Shown in pieces: positions 1-15,700 of a stretch of 64,000 nt of DNA. The position numbers and the translations under genes were made by a program. The DNA is taken from assembly GCF_009914755.1 (NCBI RefSeq), contig NC_060947.1; one strand, 5' to 3'. Position 1 is the first letter of the stretch. Every line of letters starts with the position of its first letter. Under the pieces are notes generated by a model that worked only from the letters and a program-made list of their open reading frames with translations, had not been told where the DNA came from and did no database searches. Source of the DNA: the human T2T-CHM13v2.0 reference genome, Homo sapiens.

Positions 1-169
1 TCAATATTCATTATGATTTAATATTTATTTATCCTTTACATTGCTTCTTCTTTCTTATATTTCCATGTTTCCATCTGGGATCATTCCTTCTGCTGGAAGA
101 AGTTAAATATATGCAACTGTATATATATATTAGTATGGTTCTATTGGAAACAGATTTTCTCAGATTTCC

Positions 170-485
<316 letters not shown>

Positions 486-2428
486 TGAGGGGATGCATTG
501 CCATGTCTTTGTTTCATTTTTATTTTTGGAGAATACTCTTTCTACAACAGAATTCTAGATTAGCAGTTATATCCTGTCCTCATTATCGTTGTTCATTTTT
601 TCAAAGTAGAACACGGGTCTTTTCTGTCATTTTGGACCAGAAGATTTCCCACTCAGTGGTCTTCAAGCCACTCAGCAGACAAGGGAATTACTTCTTGCTG
701 AGGATACAAAAATCTCCCCATCTGCTTTGCTCTTACCTTGTTGAGCTTATGGAACTGACTTATTCCCAAGACCCCTTCCTTTGAAACTCCTGTTCCTAAA
801 CAGCACATATCCCTAGATTTCCCATGTCTCTTCCTCAGTTTTTTTCCCTGGAGCCTCTTTTTACATCCTTCTGGATTCGTCACTGTTCTTGAAATAATCT
901 GTTCCATGTGATAGAATCGAAGGGCAAGTTGGACAAGGAGGCTTTGCATGGGAAAGAAGTCCATGTGGCAGGAATTGAGGACACTGTTGCTCTACCTTAC
1001 AGAGCCCAGTCAGTACTGGGGCTCTGTCTTCTCTCTATGCTGTGAAAACCAGAATCTCGTTTGCCAGTCCTGACTTGGTGTCCACTTGGGTGAGGGGCTC
1101 TGGCCCAGGTGTGGGTCATTTATTTTTGACCGGGGCCCACCACAGACCCTGAGTTTCCTTCCCAGAGATGAAGACTCTGCTTTGGGTCAAGCAGCTATGC
1201 AAAGAGGCGGTGTCTACGAGTGGCTCCTTGGGGGCCTTTCCCTAGTTGCTCTGCAGAGCTGTAAGATTTGCATGTGTCTCTCTCAACCACCTCTGCCCTG
1301 AGCTTTCACTACGCTACGTAAGACCAACTCCCTGTTGGGCGTTTCCAAGGGCGAGACACACGCACAATCCTGCCTCAGGAACCCAGCCCCCATTGCCCAG
1401 TGCAGGAAGCGTGCCTGGCCTATTGCAAAAGTACCCAAGACGGTCAATTAAATAAAAGCTGCTGAAAGCATAGAGCCTGCAAAAGACTGCCTGGGTATGA
1501 ACCCCAGTCGACCCTGTGGAAGCTTTTAGAAGTGTGGACTTGGGGATATTATATATGTTCTCTGTAGCTCAGTGTTCTCAAATGGAAAATGGGAAAAACA
1601 TACCAACTTTGTGGTGTCATAAGTATTCACTGAGTTAATATCGGTGAACACCACCGGAAGTGTTAGCTCTTATCACGTCTTTCTAAAATTAGGATATGCT
1701 ATTATTGTTGCCCTCTTTAAAAATCATGGCTGGATCCCCCCTGCTGATGTGACAGTTGTTTATCATGCAGTAAGAGTTGCTTTATAATGTCTTCCCTCCT
1801 CAAAGTTCATCTTTCCCCAGACCCATCAGTGTCAGCCACGCTACGGAAGAACTAAACAGCTGGCGCCTTCACGCTGTCACTCCATGCCCATGCCAGTGGT
1901 GGATGTTGCTCTCTCCCCTGAAATGGTCGTCTCTCCTCTTGGCCTGCCAACCCTGGTGCACTGAGAAATGTATTATTGTCCCCACCTTAGGTAACTGTAT
2001 TGTCCTATGGGCAGCCTTTTCTAACATTCTCAGATGACACCTCCTGAGTATTTTCTTCATGCTGTTCATTTTTATTATGTTCGCCACGCCTTATCAAGTC
2101 TTTGTTTACATGTCCATGTCCATCTCCACTTCTTATGGCTGATGGCTATTTCTGATAGGCGCTCAACAAATTATTTGCCTGGAACTGGAAATACTCGACA
2201 CTCCTCAATTTGCGGCCTCTTTTTTTCTTACAACTTCTTAATTGTTGTATTCAATATGTAATTTTTACTCTAGGTGTTCAGAAGTATGATATAAGAATTT
2301 ACGAATAGCATAAACGTTATCTGAAATTATGGAGGCCTAAACCCAAAATTCATCAGACCACATTCTCTCTGCTTCCCAGAATGTATTAGTAGTTTGGCTG
2401 ATTTAATGCTGGCTGTCCTGGTTACACT

Positions 2429-2446
2429 TGCCAGCAGGGGGCACCA
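2429..2446 (+). promoter_or_regulatory. Candidate CTCF binding motif
   Basis: TGCCAGCAGGGGGCACCA closely matches the CTCF core CCASYAGRKGGCRC; occupancy unknown. Confidence 0.5.
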
Positions 2447-2730
2447 AAGGGCTACCCTGGGAGAAAGCCCCAGAACTTGCTTCCAAAGTCAGAGTTGACA
2501 CTGGAGCCTGAAGTTCCCTCATAGACAAGACACCTTCGAAGACAAAGCTTAAGATGGCAATAATGAATTATCCTCCAGCAAAGCCTGAAGAGGACCAGCG
2601 AAGCAAGGAAGGAAATCCTCAAACCATTACCTGAGAGACAAATCAGGTGTCAGATCAAAGATGAATTTAGTATTAGAGAGATACTTCTTAAGTAAAGCAC
2701 AAAATGCATTAACTAAAAAAAGATAGAGAG

Positions 2731-3132
<402 letters not shown>

Positions 3133-3509
3133 TTACCAAAGACATCTTAAAGAAAGAAAAGAGACTAATTACAATGTGGTAGAAAATGCCTTCACAATAC
3201 ACACCAGACAAAGTGTTGGAATAAAGAATATGGAATTAATTCCTACACATGAAAAGAAAAGAGCACAAACAGAACAAAAAAAAAAAAGAGAAAATCTTAT
3301 AAACAGGCATGGACAGAGGAAGAAACGTGTTTCTAAAAGACATGTTTAGCATCATTGGTGATTGGAAAAAATATAAAATAAGCCCACACTCTCTGTTATT
3401 TTTTACTTTGGCAACAATTTAATAAAAGTCTGACCATGCTAATTCAGCTGCAATTTAGAAGTCTGACCATGCTAACTTCTTTGAAAGTGTATGGCTCTAC
3501 AGCATCTTT

Positions 3510-3637
3510 TATTTTTAAGATATTAGAGATGGGGTATTACTATTGCCCGTGCTGGTCTCAAACTCCTGGATTCAAGCGATCTTCCTGTCTCAGCCTTCTG
3601 AGTAGCTGGGACTACAGGCATGAACCGCTGCACCTGG
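3510..3637 (-). mobile_element. FLAM/Alu monomer
   Basis: Antisense monomer flanked by agcatcttt direct repeats. Confidence 0.8.
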
Positions 3638-4073
3638 CTTCAAAGCATCTTTGATACTTTGCTGGTGCGAGTATCGATTAATGCAATGACTCTGGAAAAG
3701 AGTCGGACATCACCACCAAAAAACCAACCACCCGCATAGATGACGATCCCTCATTTTCACTCCTGGTGCAACCCAACTGAAGCTACCGCATATATATTAT
3801 CAAAGTCTTGACCAAGCAACTTTACAGCAGCACAGCTCACGTTATCAAAATCCTGAAACCAATAAAGTGTCCATCGATAGGACAACAGCTGCATAAACTC
3901 TTGCACATTCACATACTGAAATATTGTACAGCTGTTAAAATTAACTACAGAAATGCATATGTTAAACAAAAACCTTAACAGTATGTGAAAAAAATGCCAA
4001 CAGACTACACATGGTAAGATATACTATCTCTTTATAAAGTTAAAGGTAACTAGAATAAAAAAAATACTTATTA

Positions 4074-4406
<333 letters not shown>

Positions 4407-5098
4407 TTATATAAAAGGGGAAGAAGCGATCATCGTAGACATAGATTATAAGATAATAGTGGGTAAAACAGGAGGATTTGTTGATTGTATAAGGCCTAGC
4501 TTTTGTTAGTGGCAGTGGGATTTTCTGGTGTCCATTACGCTATTAACAATACCTAATTAAATAGTTAGCTAAATAAGTAAAATGGGCTATACCTGGAACA
4601 ATGTTGCAAATGTCACGGACCAGGAGTTACAATTTATCTAACTCAGTGTACCTGAAAATTAAAAATATAATGAAGTCAAAATAACAGTGCCAGACACTGC
4701 ATGGTCACTTAAGCAGCAACACAGGGTCCTAAGCTTCTGTTGCAATATTAAATGCATCATTTGTTAAAAGAATGGGTCAGAAAGCAATGGTTTGTTTGTT
4801 TGTTTGTTTTGTATTCTTTCTGGATGGAAAGTCAGAGAAGAATAAGGCTTAGTAATTGAGTGTTTTTCTTAGGAATAATAAGGAACCAAAAGATAGTGTT
4901 CAGATGACTGAAAAGTGTTAGCCTTGGGGATAAAATAGCCCTAGACTTTTGTAGAGCTGTCTCAAGTACCTAGTGAAACAATATGTCACTGTCAGAAAAA
5001 ATGAGAAGGTAAAGAGTCCAAGACAGGGAACTGACACATGAGGAGAAGATGAGAACTCCGTGGTTTAAACAACCCATGCTTGCAATGACACTGGTCTT

Positions 5099-5752
5099 CT
5101 TTTTTTATTATTATTTTTATTTTTCCATAAGTTATTGGGGTACAGGTTGTATTTGGTTACATGAGTAAGTTCTTCAGTGGTGATTAGTGGGATTTTGGTG
5201 CACCCATCACCTGAGCAGTGTACACTGCACCATATTTGTAGTTTTTTTGTCTCTCGTCCCCCTCCCGCTCTTCTCCCCAAGTCTCCAATCTTTGGCATGG
5301 GTGCGATGAACAGGGAACACTTCTACACTGCTGGTGGGAATGTAAACTAATACAGTCGCTATGGAAAACAGTGTGGAGATTCCTTAAAAAACTAAAAGTA
5401 GAACTACCATTTGATCCAGCAATCCTGCTACTGGATATCTACCCAGAGGAAAAGAAGTCATTATTCGAAAAAGATGTTTGCACACACATGTTTATAGCAG
5501 CACCATTCACAATTGCAAAATTGTGGAACCAACCCAAATCAATCAACAAGTAGATAAAGAAACTGTGATATATATATGATGGAATACTATGCAGCCATAA
5601 AAAGCAATGAATTAACAGCATTTGCAGTGCCCTGGATGAGATTGGAGACTATTATTCTAAGTGAAGTAACTCAGGAATGGAAAACCAAACATTGTGTGTT
5701 CTCACTGATATGTGGGAGCTAAGCTATGAGGACGCAAAGGCATAAGAATGAG
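5099..5752 (-). mobile_element. L1PB1-like 3' fragment with 5' inversion
   Basis: Poly-T plus 3' end on the minus strand (5099-5290), upstream L1 segment on the plus strand (5295-5752); flanks ctggtcttct and ctggccttct. Confidence 0.8.
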
Positions 5753-6320
5753 GCTGGCCTTCTGTGGAGCTCACTGTGCCTGTCTGCAGGGAGGGAATGC
5801 CTTTCTTTATAGTTTTTCACTCTCCTGGGAGACACGGATTTCAGGATCAGCATTATATGCATAATGTTCAAAATAAAATGGGCCAAATGAGATCACATAG
5901 GAGTAAGTGTGGGTATAAAACAGCTATAAGGAGATTTCAGAGGATTTTAAAAGGCACCACAAGCTAGAAAAATAGTTACTACAATAATATGTCTTTCCTT
6001 ATATCTACAGGTTGGTGAGCTCTGGAATGTGCAGACGGGTAATTTGGGCAAATTTTAAGTAATGCAATATTGGGAAGTAATATGTGGGAAATCTCTCTGT
6101 GTCAGTCATTTGAGGTTTTCTGCTACTTTTATTGAATTGTATTCTTTTATCTCTGTTAAGACTCATTTACTTTCCAATTACTTGGGTGAGTTTCAGGAGA
6201 GACTCCTGTTAAATGTGCTTTTTAAATGCTATTGGGAGACTATTCAGTAATATGATAAGTCAACTTCTGTTTATTTCTAACTTCGTAACTAATTCCGGGA
6301 AAGTTCTGAGCACATGGTGG

Positions 6321-6398
6321 GGAGAGACGGAGAGAGACGGAGAGAGACAGAGAGAGAGAGAAAGAGAGAAAGAGACGGGGGTGGAGAGAGAGAGAGAG
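6321..6398. repeat. (GA)n-rich simple repeat
   Basis: gagagacggagagagacggagagagacagagagagagag... Confidence 0.9.
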
Positions 6399-6495
6399 AT
6401 AATACTTGCACCACTGTAATTAAAGTGAAGGGAAGTGAATAAGAATCCAAGTAAAAAAGCAGACTGTTTAAGTTCAAACCACAGCTAATTATTCT

Positions 6496-6655
6496 TCTTT
6501 TTTTTTTATTATACTTTAAGTTTTAGGGTACATGTGCACATTGTGCAGGTTAGTTACATATGTATACATGTGCCATGCTGGTGAGCTGCACCCACTAACT
6601 CGTCATCTAGCATTAGGTATATCTCCCAATGCTATCCCTCCCCCCTCCCCCCACC
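6496..6655 (-). mobile_element. Short young L1 3' end (L1PA2-like)
   Basis: ttatactttaagttttagggtacatgtgcacattgtgcagg; GAG at the diagnostic site (not Ta ACA); TSD GCTAATTATTCT at 6484-6495 and 6656-6667. Confidence 0.85.
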
Positions 6656-6719
6656 GCTAATTATTCTAAAAGCGATTTTAAAATTCTCAATCCACAGGCA
6701 TTTTTATGTGCTGAGTTTT

Positions 6720-7035
6720 ATTGTTGTTGTTGTTGTTGTTCTTTGTTTGTTTGTTTTTTGAGATGCAGTCTCGCTCTGTCATCCAGGCTGGAGCGCAGTG
6801 GCGTGATCTCAGCTCACTGCAGCCTCCGCCTCCTGGGTTCAAGCGATTCTCCTGCCTCAGCCTCCTGAGCAGCTGAGATTACAGGCAGGTGCTACCACAT
6901 CTGGCTGATTTTTGTATTTTTTGGTAGAGATGGGATTTTTCCATGTTGGCTAGGCTGGTCTTGAACTCCCAGCCTCAAGTGATTCGCCTGCCTCAGCCTC
7001 CTAAAGTGCTGAGATTACAAGCACCTTGCTCGGCA
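6720..7035 (-). mobile_element. AluS with (TTG)n tail
   Basis: Antisense dimer. Confidence 0.9.
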
Positions 7036-7436
7036 AGTGCTGGTTTCTAATTACAGATAAATTATAATGGCTTTGATTTAGACTTGCAATCTCACACACT
7101 AACAGCATGAAATACTACATAAGGTGAACTATTATTATTATTATTATTATTAGCTTGCCTCTCTGATGAGTCACTGAAATATTCACTATAAAGAAATGGA
7201 CTTAGAACTTGAAGGTTGCCACAAAGTTGTCAAAACAAAGAAGGAAATACTTTTATTATATTCCAAAACTTTCTTTTCTGTTTTTTAATGTGGATTTTTC
7301 TTTAAGTGAAAGAAAATCTTCTTTTATAAAATATAAACAAGTACATAGGAACTTATGGAGTAATGACAGCTGTTAAATTCTGGTTTAAGTTGGAGAATTG
7401 TGTCATTTTATTTGTGGATACTTTTAGTGTGGATAA

Positions 7437-7786
<350 letters not shown>

Positions 7787-8040
7787 ACATTATATCATTT
7801 AAATGGGTGCTGCTCAATGCTAAAAACTATTAGGAATTTTAAAATGCAGAGGCCTAGGCCCTACTGCGAGACATCCACATTTAATTGGTCTGGGGTGGCT
7901 TTGGTGTCAGTATTGTTTAAAGCACCTTGGTGATTTGAATGCCTCCAGGTTAGAGAATCAACAAGAAGAATACTTTTCCCTAAATTCAAATAGTAGATTT
8001 CAGAAAAGTCCTGGTAATTGGATTAAAATAATGGGAAACT

Positions 8041-8257
8041 CATGGTTTCTCAACATCAACCCCATTGACGTTTTAGACAGGATCCCTCTTCGTCTTGGAG
8101 ACTGTCTTCTGTGTGGGATTTTTAGCAACAACCCTGGCCTTTCACCACTAGATGGTAGTAGAACCTCTTACCACTTACAACACCAACTGTGTCTCCGACA
8201 TTGCCAAAGGGACCCCGGTGGGGCAAAATCGCCCCGCTCCCCAATTGAGAAGCACTG
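8041..8257. mobile_element. MER20-like hAT MITE
   Basis: Ends catggtttctcaac ... ttgagaagcactg; internal ccactagatggtagtag and gacattgccaaa. Confidence 0.7.
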
Positions 8258-11127
8258 ACATAACCAATCCCATGTTTTTCAAATCATCCATTAGTTCTAG
8301 GAAAACCAACCAAATAAATAAACACATCCTTCAACTAAAACAGCATTATATAACAACACACACACAGAGACACACACACAGACACGAACACGTAACACAC
8401 ACGTATGCACACAGATACACACACACAACACAGGACACAATATTTTAAAAAAGATGTTAAACAACCCACAGCACAGAATGTTTCATTCAAAACATTTTGG
8501 GTGATGTTTCGAAGGAAAAATTAACCAATGTGGATGTTTTCCATTTCTTCTACTGTTCCACTACTCCATGCCCCACCCAAACCCTGCCTTCTTGCAGTTC
8601 CTATTCAAATAGTCTCAATGGAACTTCTTATAGAGATGAAAACCTTTCTATCTTCCTTTCTCTAACTAGAGAAAGGCTGGAAATAGCACCTGCAAGAGCT
8701 CCCTCCCAATAAACTGCAATTTACTGACAGTTTATCGTCTATCAGGTATCAAAGGTGTCCACAGGAAGAACAATGAGAAGCATTTATTTTGCTTCATTTG
8801 TTTGCTCTTATTCTCCTTTTTCTCTTGATGGTGGAAGAAAAGTAAGCTTAAATAGCTTTGTTTCTAATTTGATCTCCCCTCTCCCAGTAATTTTGTGTTT
8901 CACCTCTCTGGCAGCAAGTTCAACATTATTTATTCACTCAGTAACTCTCTGAGCCTCCTTCTATGTTTCAAGTCCTGGTCTAGACAGGGTGATATAATAG
9001 CAGGCTACATAAAGTCTCCACCCTCTTGAAGGTTACTTATTAACAGCCAGAGTTATCTCCATCACTCCACACTTTATTTCTGACTATGCAGTTTGCATTT
9101 TCTATTGCATGAGCTCTTGTTTTTAACAAACTTATGAATGTTTGTGACTAAAAATGTTAAGATTGCTTTTCAATGTTGAACTTGCAGTCCTCTTCTTGCT
9201 CTGCTGGGATCATATGTAACCAGCATGCCATTTTGAGTGATTTGACAAACATTCCTGGCACTGTGTTGAATAAGTTCTAAAATAATGAATGTTGAACAAG
9301 GAGAGGGCACCTCCAGTAGCCCCCAAATGGGACCTCAGGTCCGAGGTCATCATTGGTCCCATCAGCAGTGGGTAATCTGAGGGATGCAGCTTTATTCCAG
9401 GTTGCCTCATCAGAATAGAGCCCTTGAATGGGGCTATCTGCAGTGGCATGTCACATGGCTCAGTCAGCTGCTGTGATGTATGAATTTTCCAACTAAGAAG
9501 CCCCTGCGAGTCCATAAAATAAAACAAGTTTCATCAACAGAGTCTTGTGCAGAGCTGTGAAAACAGCCTTGAGTTCTCCCCACTCCAGGTTTTGCGTGGA
9601 CATTGCTGAAGCTGAACATCCATGGCAACACAGTGGATACCATTGGGTTTCATCTTAGGCAAACCATCGGTGAACTAGGCCCTGGCACTTAGGGGAAACT
9701 TGGGGAACCAAAGGCCCCATTCAACCAGTGGGAGTGGAGCAAATAAAGTTTCCCAAAAAGAAATTACTGCCAAAATGCAAAGCGGAGATGCCCTGGTGCC
9801 AGGTAAGCAGCCTTCTTGATAATTCTATTTCCACTGGACAACTGAGGCTTATTGGGCCCTTTCCTGTCTCGTTAGTCATTGAGTCACCATTGATGCACCC
9901 CAAAACAGTAATAGCAGGCTGGAGAACAAGGAGACCTCCACAGCTCAGGTGTTCAGCTTTGACAAGAGCCCTGTAGCAAGCTAAGTGCTGCCTTGCAAAG
10001 GGCTGTACTTGACAGGTACATTAGGGGAGGCATGAATCCACGACCCCAGGAGGCCCCTGGGTGGAGGCTGCCTTCTTCTGCCAGAGGCTCCACTTGGCAA
10101 ATCGTCAGTCATAGAGATTATAGCTCAAAAGGGACGTTAGTGTTGTGGGTCCCTCAAAACACTAACAATTTTGCACCTATGGTTCTCCATGATTGGAAGT
10201 CCCTGCCCCTGCCCCAAACAATCACAGGACAAGAAACAGACTACAATGCATCAATTTATAATACTTATTCACAAGTAAAAGCAACATAAACAGTATGCTG
10301 AATTGCCTCCGAAAGGCCCCACCCACACAAGGGCATTCAACATGCCATAGGGAACCTTATTCGCCCAAATGAGCTGAACTTGGATGTTCACTCACCACAT
10401 GGAACCCCGTGGGATGGTGACTTGGAAGCCTGTATTCAACAAAGCCGTAATAATTTGAATCACTTCTCCGCACAAAGTTCCCAGCACAATTGCAGAGATC
10501 CACATGGTACTCAATTCAGCCTGGCGGCAGAGAGACCTTAGCCCTAGCCTTCCCCTCTAAAGCAGCTGAGGTTGGCTGGAGGTTGAGGGAGGGAGGGAAA
10601 TGTGGGGGGAGAGAGTGCATCTGCTCAGCACTTTTATTTCTGCTTTCAAGTGATCTGCAGAGGCTTGCTTGTGTGATTAAACACGTAGTATTTTTTGTTT
10701 TGTTTTGTTTTTGTTTTCCTCGTCAATTCAATCAGCTACCCCTGGAAGTTAAGAAATGTGTATTAGAAATCAGCCTGACGTTTCTTACAAATTGTAGTCT
10801 GAGGCCTTCACGACAGCTCTGGGAGATGCTTGGGTCAGCTACAATAGCCTCCCATAGTTTGAAACAGATTTCTTTGATTTTCAGAGAGGTGACAATTCCT
10901 CCTGCTGTCAATGGCATCTGCTGGGCATATAGAATTCCCACTTGTAGCAACAACAGCTCACAAAACTCATTTGAAGAGACTATGGCCAGGCCCAGCACAT
11001 GCATGTGCAGGTAGAGATGACCTTCCTGCTTGCTCTCTGGCCAAGAGTGACTATAAGACACTGTTGATTATGCTGTGAGATACACTTCAATTTCAGTGAT
11101 GTTAATATATGTAAACGGTAGGTGTTT

Positions 11128-11445
11128 CAGCCAGTCACGGTGGCTCAGGCCTGTAATGCCAGTGTTTTCAGAAGCTGAGGAGGGAGGATCACTTGAGCCC
11201 AGGAGTTTGAGACCAGCCTGGGCAACGAAGTCTCTACAAAAAAAAAAAAAAAAAATAGAAAGATTGGCCGGGCATGGTGGCAGGTGCCTGTGGTCTCACA
11301 TACTCACAAAACTGATGTGAGAAGATCATGTCAGCACAGGAGGTTGAGGCTACAGTGAGCTGTGATCACACCACTGCACTTCAGCCTGAGCAACAGAGAC
11401 CCTGTCTCACAATAAATAAATAAAAAATAAATAAATAAATAAAAA
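11128..11445 (+). mobile_element. AluJ
   Basis: ggatcacttgagcccaggagtttgag; (AAAT)n tail. Confidence 0.88.
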
Positions 11446-12599
11446 TAGGTCTTGTGAAATAGGCAGCTCTAGCTCACATCTCACAGCTTGGTTATGAGGG
11501 TGAAACACCCCAATCCTTATTCTGTGTGCATAAACGAGGGACATGGTAACATGCACTCAGCGTAGGTCTCTTTTAAACTGGTACGTGGTTTGCTTTGTTC
11601 TACGGGCCAGCTAATTTGCCTATACTCGTTCTTTCCATGAAGACAAAAGAGAACATTAGAGAAAAGAACCCACATTTTTCTCATGTAATGTTAAAACCGC
11701 ATTTTGGATGAAGAATGGAACAAATAGCTCTGTAGAGTAAAGCTAAGAAAATGAATTAAATGGTCAAATGCCTTCAAGATCCTTAAACTGAGTCTATGAT
11801 TTCTACTAAGGTGCTAAAATGCTCCTCAACTCTGCTGTATCCAGTCAAGATCACGACTCCCGCCATACCGAATTACAACCAGGCTGGGTTTTCTTTCTAC
11901 GTTCTAAATGTGTGTGACCAATATTTATTTCCAGTATTACGGGATTTCTAGGAGATATATTAAAAGCAATTCTAGAGCAATCATCTCAGATTTTAAAATT
12001 ACATTGACTAACTGTATTGATTTTTATTTTTCATGCTAAATGACTAGTCTAGTAAACATGAAATGTCAGTAAAAAAGAGATTTTTGGTTCCTAATAAAGT
12101 CATAAAACCGGTGACATAAAGATGTTGGTAGATTATTACTAGCTGGGTTTCTAAGACTAGCACGCACATTAACATGACCCACTAGGAATGAATAAGATAA
12201 AATGCGTGGTGCTTTTTATAAGATTACTATAATGTGCAGCTTATAACTGCAAAATGTGAGATCTGTCTTTATAGTATTTATGAAGTGATGGCTTAGAACA
12301 TGTTTAGTTTTTTGACCATGACCAATGTTGCTACATTAACAAACTGCTCTTACAACGCTATTCACTATTTTTGCTGCCATAAATTGATAGGATATTTTAA
12401 CAAACAGGTGTGTGTTTTTTTTTTCTGTATGTTGTATTTTTTAAGAATAACTAAACATTGCATTATCTCTTGTAAATATATGCTCATATTTTATGTGCTT
12501 TATTTGTTTTCCATTTGTCCTTTCATCGTCATTTAAGGCACCCTTTCCTTCCACACTTGCCCTCTACACTATTTGCCCATGTTGGCCAGCGGCAGCTTT

Positions 12600-12735
12600 T
12601 TAAATTTTTTATGTTTTATTTTTAGAGATGGGATCTCGCTACATCATCCAGGATGGAGTTGAACTCCTGGGCTCAAGTCATCCTCCCGCCTCAGCCTCCC
12701 AAAATACTGGCACTGCAGGTGCAGGCCACCATGCT
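12600..12735 (-). mobile_element. FLAM/Alu monomer
   Basis: gaactcctgggctcaagtcatcctcccgcctcagcctccc. Confidence 0.8.
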
Positions 12736-15700
12736 CTGCTGGGAGTGAGCTTGTAAAGTGCAAAACACACGACGGCCTGCCTTGTCCTCCACCCCCTCGT
12801 GATTTCCCTTCCTTCAGAGATGAGAACCAACCTCTTCTGCCTGGCCTGCTCAACCCCTTCTCATCTGCACTGCCCTTCTTGGGTCTTGTCTCACCCACTC
12901 CTCTGCCCACTCCAGCCCCAGTGGAATTTCTTACTGCACTGAAGCTTATGCTTTCTTCAGAAGATTAGCAAATGCTCTTCCCTATGCCAAAGACATTTTC
13001 ACACCAGTCTTCCTAGGTCCTCTAGTCTCTGCTCAAACATCACCGTCTCATTCTTCACCAAGAGGAAAACACTTCTACAACATCTAACAGAAATAGACAT
13101 AGCCTTTATGAGTATCGATGTGCATGTCAAATGGGATTAAACAATACTTAAAATACAGTATTTAAGTAGATTTTTATTTATAGCCCTATGTAACTAAAAC
13201 CAAAAATAGATCACGTATAAAAGTTATATAATAGCCATTGTATAGAAATAAAATATATAAGTGGATACATTACATTATCACATATATGTACACCTATTAT
13301 ATATTGATGAAAATAATTTTAAAAATAAAATGGATTATCATAAGCTGAGAAAGGTGTTTATGTGAAGACCCTCTGATTTCTCCATCTACATATACCCTCT
13401 ACCGCATCACTCACTAAACCCTTATTCCCCTTCATTTTTCTTCCTAACGCTTCCCTCTCCCTCAAGTTGTGTTATTTATTTTTACATTCACTTGCTTATT
13501 TTATTTACTTGCGTGTTCTGTATCTCTCCAACTAGAACATAAGCTCCATGGAGGCAGGGCTTTGTCTACCAAATTTGCCACTATTGACACATAACAAACA
13601 TTCAATAAGTCTTTACTGAATAATGAATGAATTATTCATGTTTACAGATCAAATACTATTTTATAATAAATGCATCTTGTTGTTGCTTTGATGTGATTTG
13701 CCCGCTTAGGGCCCGACTGAAGGAAGATTCTACTTTTCAGCTGCCTGCTTCTCTCCTTGGTGGGGAATCCGGGGCATCCTCTCCTTTCTGACTTTAAGTG
13801 ATTCTGCTCTCAGTTTGCATGCTTTTCTTTCTGTTTTGTTGCAGATTTTGGAACATTTCTAGTCTGCTTCCCTTTAGGATCTGCGTTCTTGTTGTTTCCT
13901 CTGCCTGAAAAACACCGGGGGGTAATTTTGCACAACTAACACCTTACAGCTGTTGAAAACTTGCTCCAGTGACACCTTCTAAAGCCTCCCCCGACCTAAA
14001 TCTTTCAACCTGGAAACTGACCCTCATCCTGGACACACTGGCTCTTCTTGCTCTGGCTTTACTTTTCCTTCCTGCCATGGGACTCAACAACAACAACAAC
14101 AAATGTAGAATGAAAGTATCATTATGTAAAATACAAAAATAGCGTAAGATATTATTATAAGTAATATTTAATGCTTATTGTTTATTATGTCCCTGTGAGA
14201 GCACACATCTCTGTCCATATGCTACTTTCCTTGTATCTGCCCTCACTTTCCCTGGGCTATGCCTTCAAGCTCTGGCCTCAGGCTCTCTTCCAAGCAGGCA
14301 TCCAGCTGGTTGGGCTAATGGGAGGCAGTGGCAGGTGTCTCCGGGTGTCCGTATCCTTTGTGTATTTCCAGCATCTCTGGATATGCCTGTTTGAGTTTCA
14401 GCTTCCACCAGGTGGTGCCACCTTGGGCTTGCTAGTAACTTCCTGCCACCTAGGATCCTACCTCTAGGGGTCTTAGTAGCTTCCGGAGTTTGATCTTTCA
14501 TCACTTCCTGAATTGCGTTTCCTCTTTTAAATACTCAGAATAGTTTTCCTGGTAGATCTTGAAAGATTTTTATATTTCTTCTGGTTTTTAAGTTGTCTGG
14601 AAAGTCAGGTCAGAGATAGCAAATCAACGCAATGGGCATTAAGTTCTTGTCCCACCACATAATAAAACCAAATAATTTTGCAGCTCAATAAGTTCAGCAG
14701 AAGTATTCTCATTTTATAGGTTTTCTTCATTATTAGAAGAGAGCTAGCTGCATCATCAATCACCTCGTGTGGACAAGAGCTATAATCTGATGTACAGCAT
14801 AATAGCAGTTGTATATGGCAAAGTAATTTATCATAAGCTTTTAATGATACAAAGAGGCACATTACATTTATCTCTGTGTCCTTATCATTCAGTTCGATGC
14901 CTGGAATTTAACAGTTACCCGATAAATGCTTATTTAATGATGAAAGGAATGGACTGAAAGTATTAAAACATTATACACAGGATGGCTATGTGTTACACAT
15001 TACAATATAAGATAGTACAAGAATCCTGGCAACCCATGAGCACATGAATGAAGAAAGATATCCCTGGTTTGCAACACAAAAATGCTAAGGATGAAGGTGT
15101 GCAGACAGACATGCTGTGAATCATAAGATGGGGGAATTTCCAGGGAGTTCTCAGGATACCTGGGCAGGAAAACCTGCTGTAACCACATCTCTTAGTATTG
15201 GCTTCTCAACAGTGTCTTGGAACAGGCAATGGTGATTGATGTTCAAGAGAGACAAAGAAGCACTCAGAACTCAGACCTCTGTGGGGAAGGTCATTCCCAT
15301 GAGGTTTTGGGCCTACTTCTTAAAGGCCCTGGTGTTTAATGGACAAACAGTGAAACAGATGCAAGACGACAGAGCAGGAACAGAGACAAACTTGGATTAT
15401 TGTGCCATCTTGCACACAGGACTACAGAACAGAAGACGGAGGACACAGAAGACAAACTTGGATGATTCTATCCTATTGCCCAGGATATAATCAACAGGCT
15501 TGAATGAGTAGCCAAGAGAGCCAACATTCAATAATGACCTGTGCTCCATAATTTCATTAGCATACAACTCCATGTGATCTTAAACCTGCCCATTCCAAAG
15601 ACTGGCATCATAAGTTGCTTGTTGGGCTACCATTGCAAGAGCTTCTGCTGGATCAAAGAGGACCCATGCTGTGTAGCATGGGTTTTTGAGGCACAGATTC

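Noticed and set aside
10490-11014. 174-aa ORF in apparently unique DNA
   Set aside because: Non-ATG start, runs through a (TTTTG)n microsatellite, no recognisable homology or exon structure.
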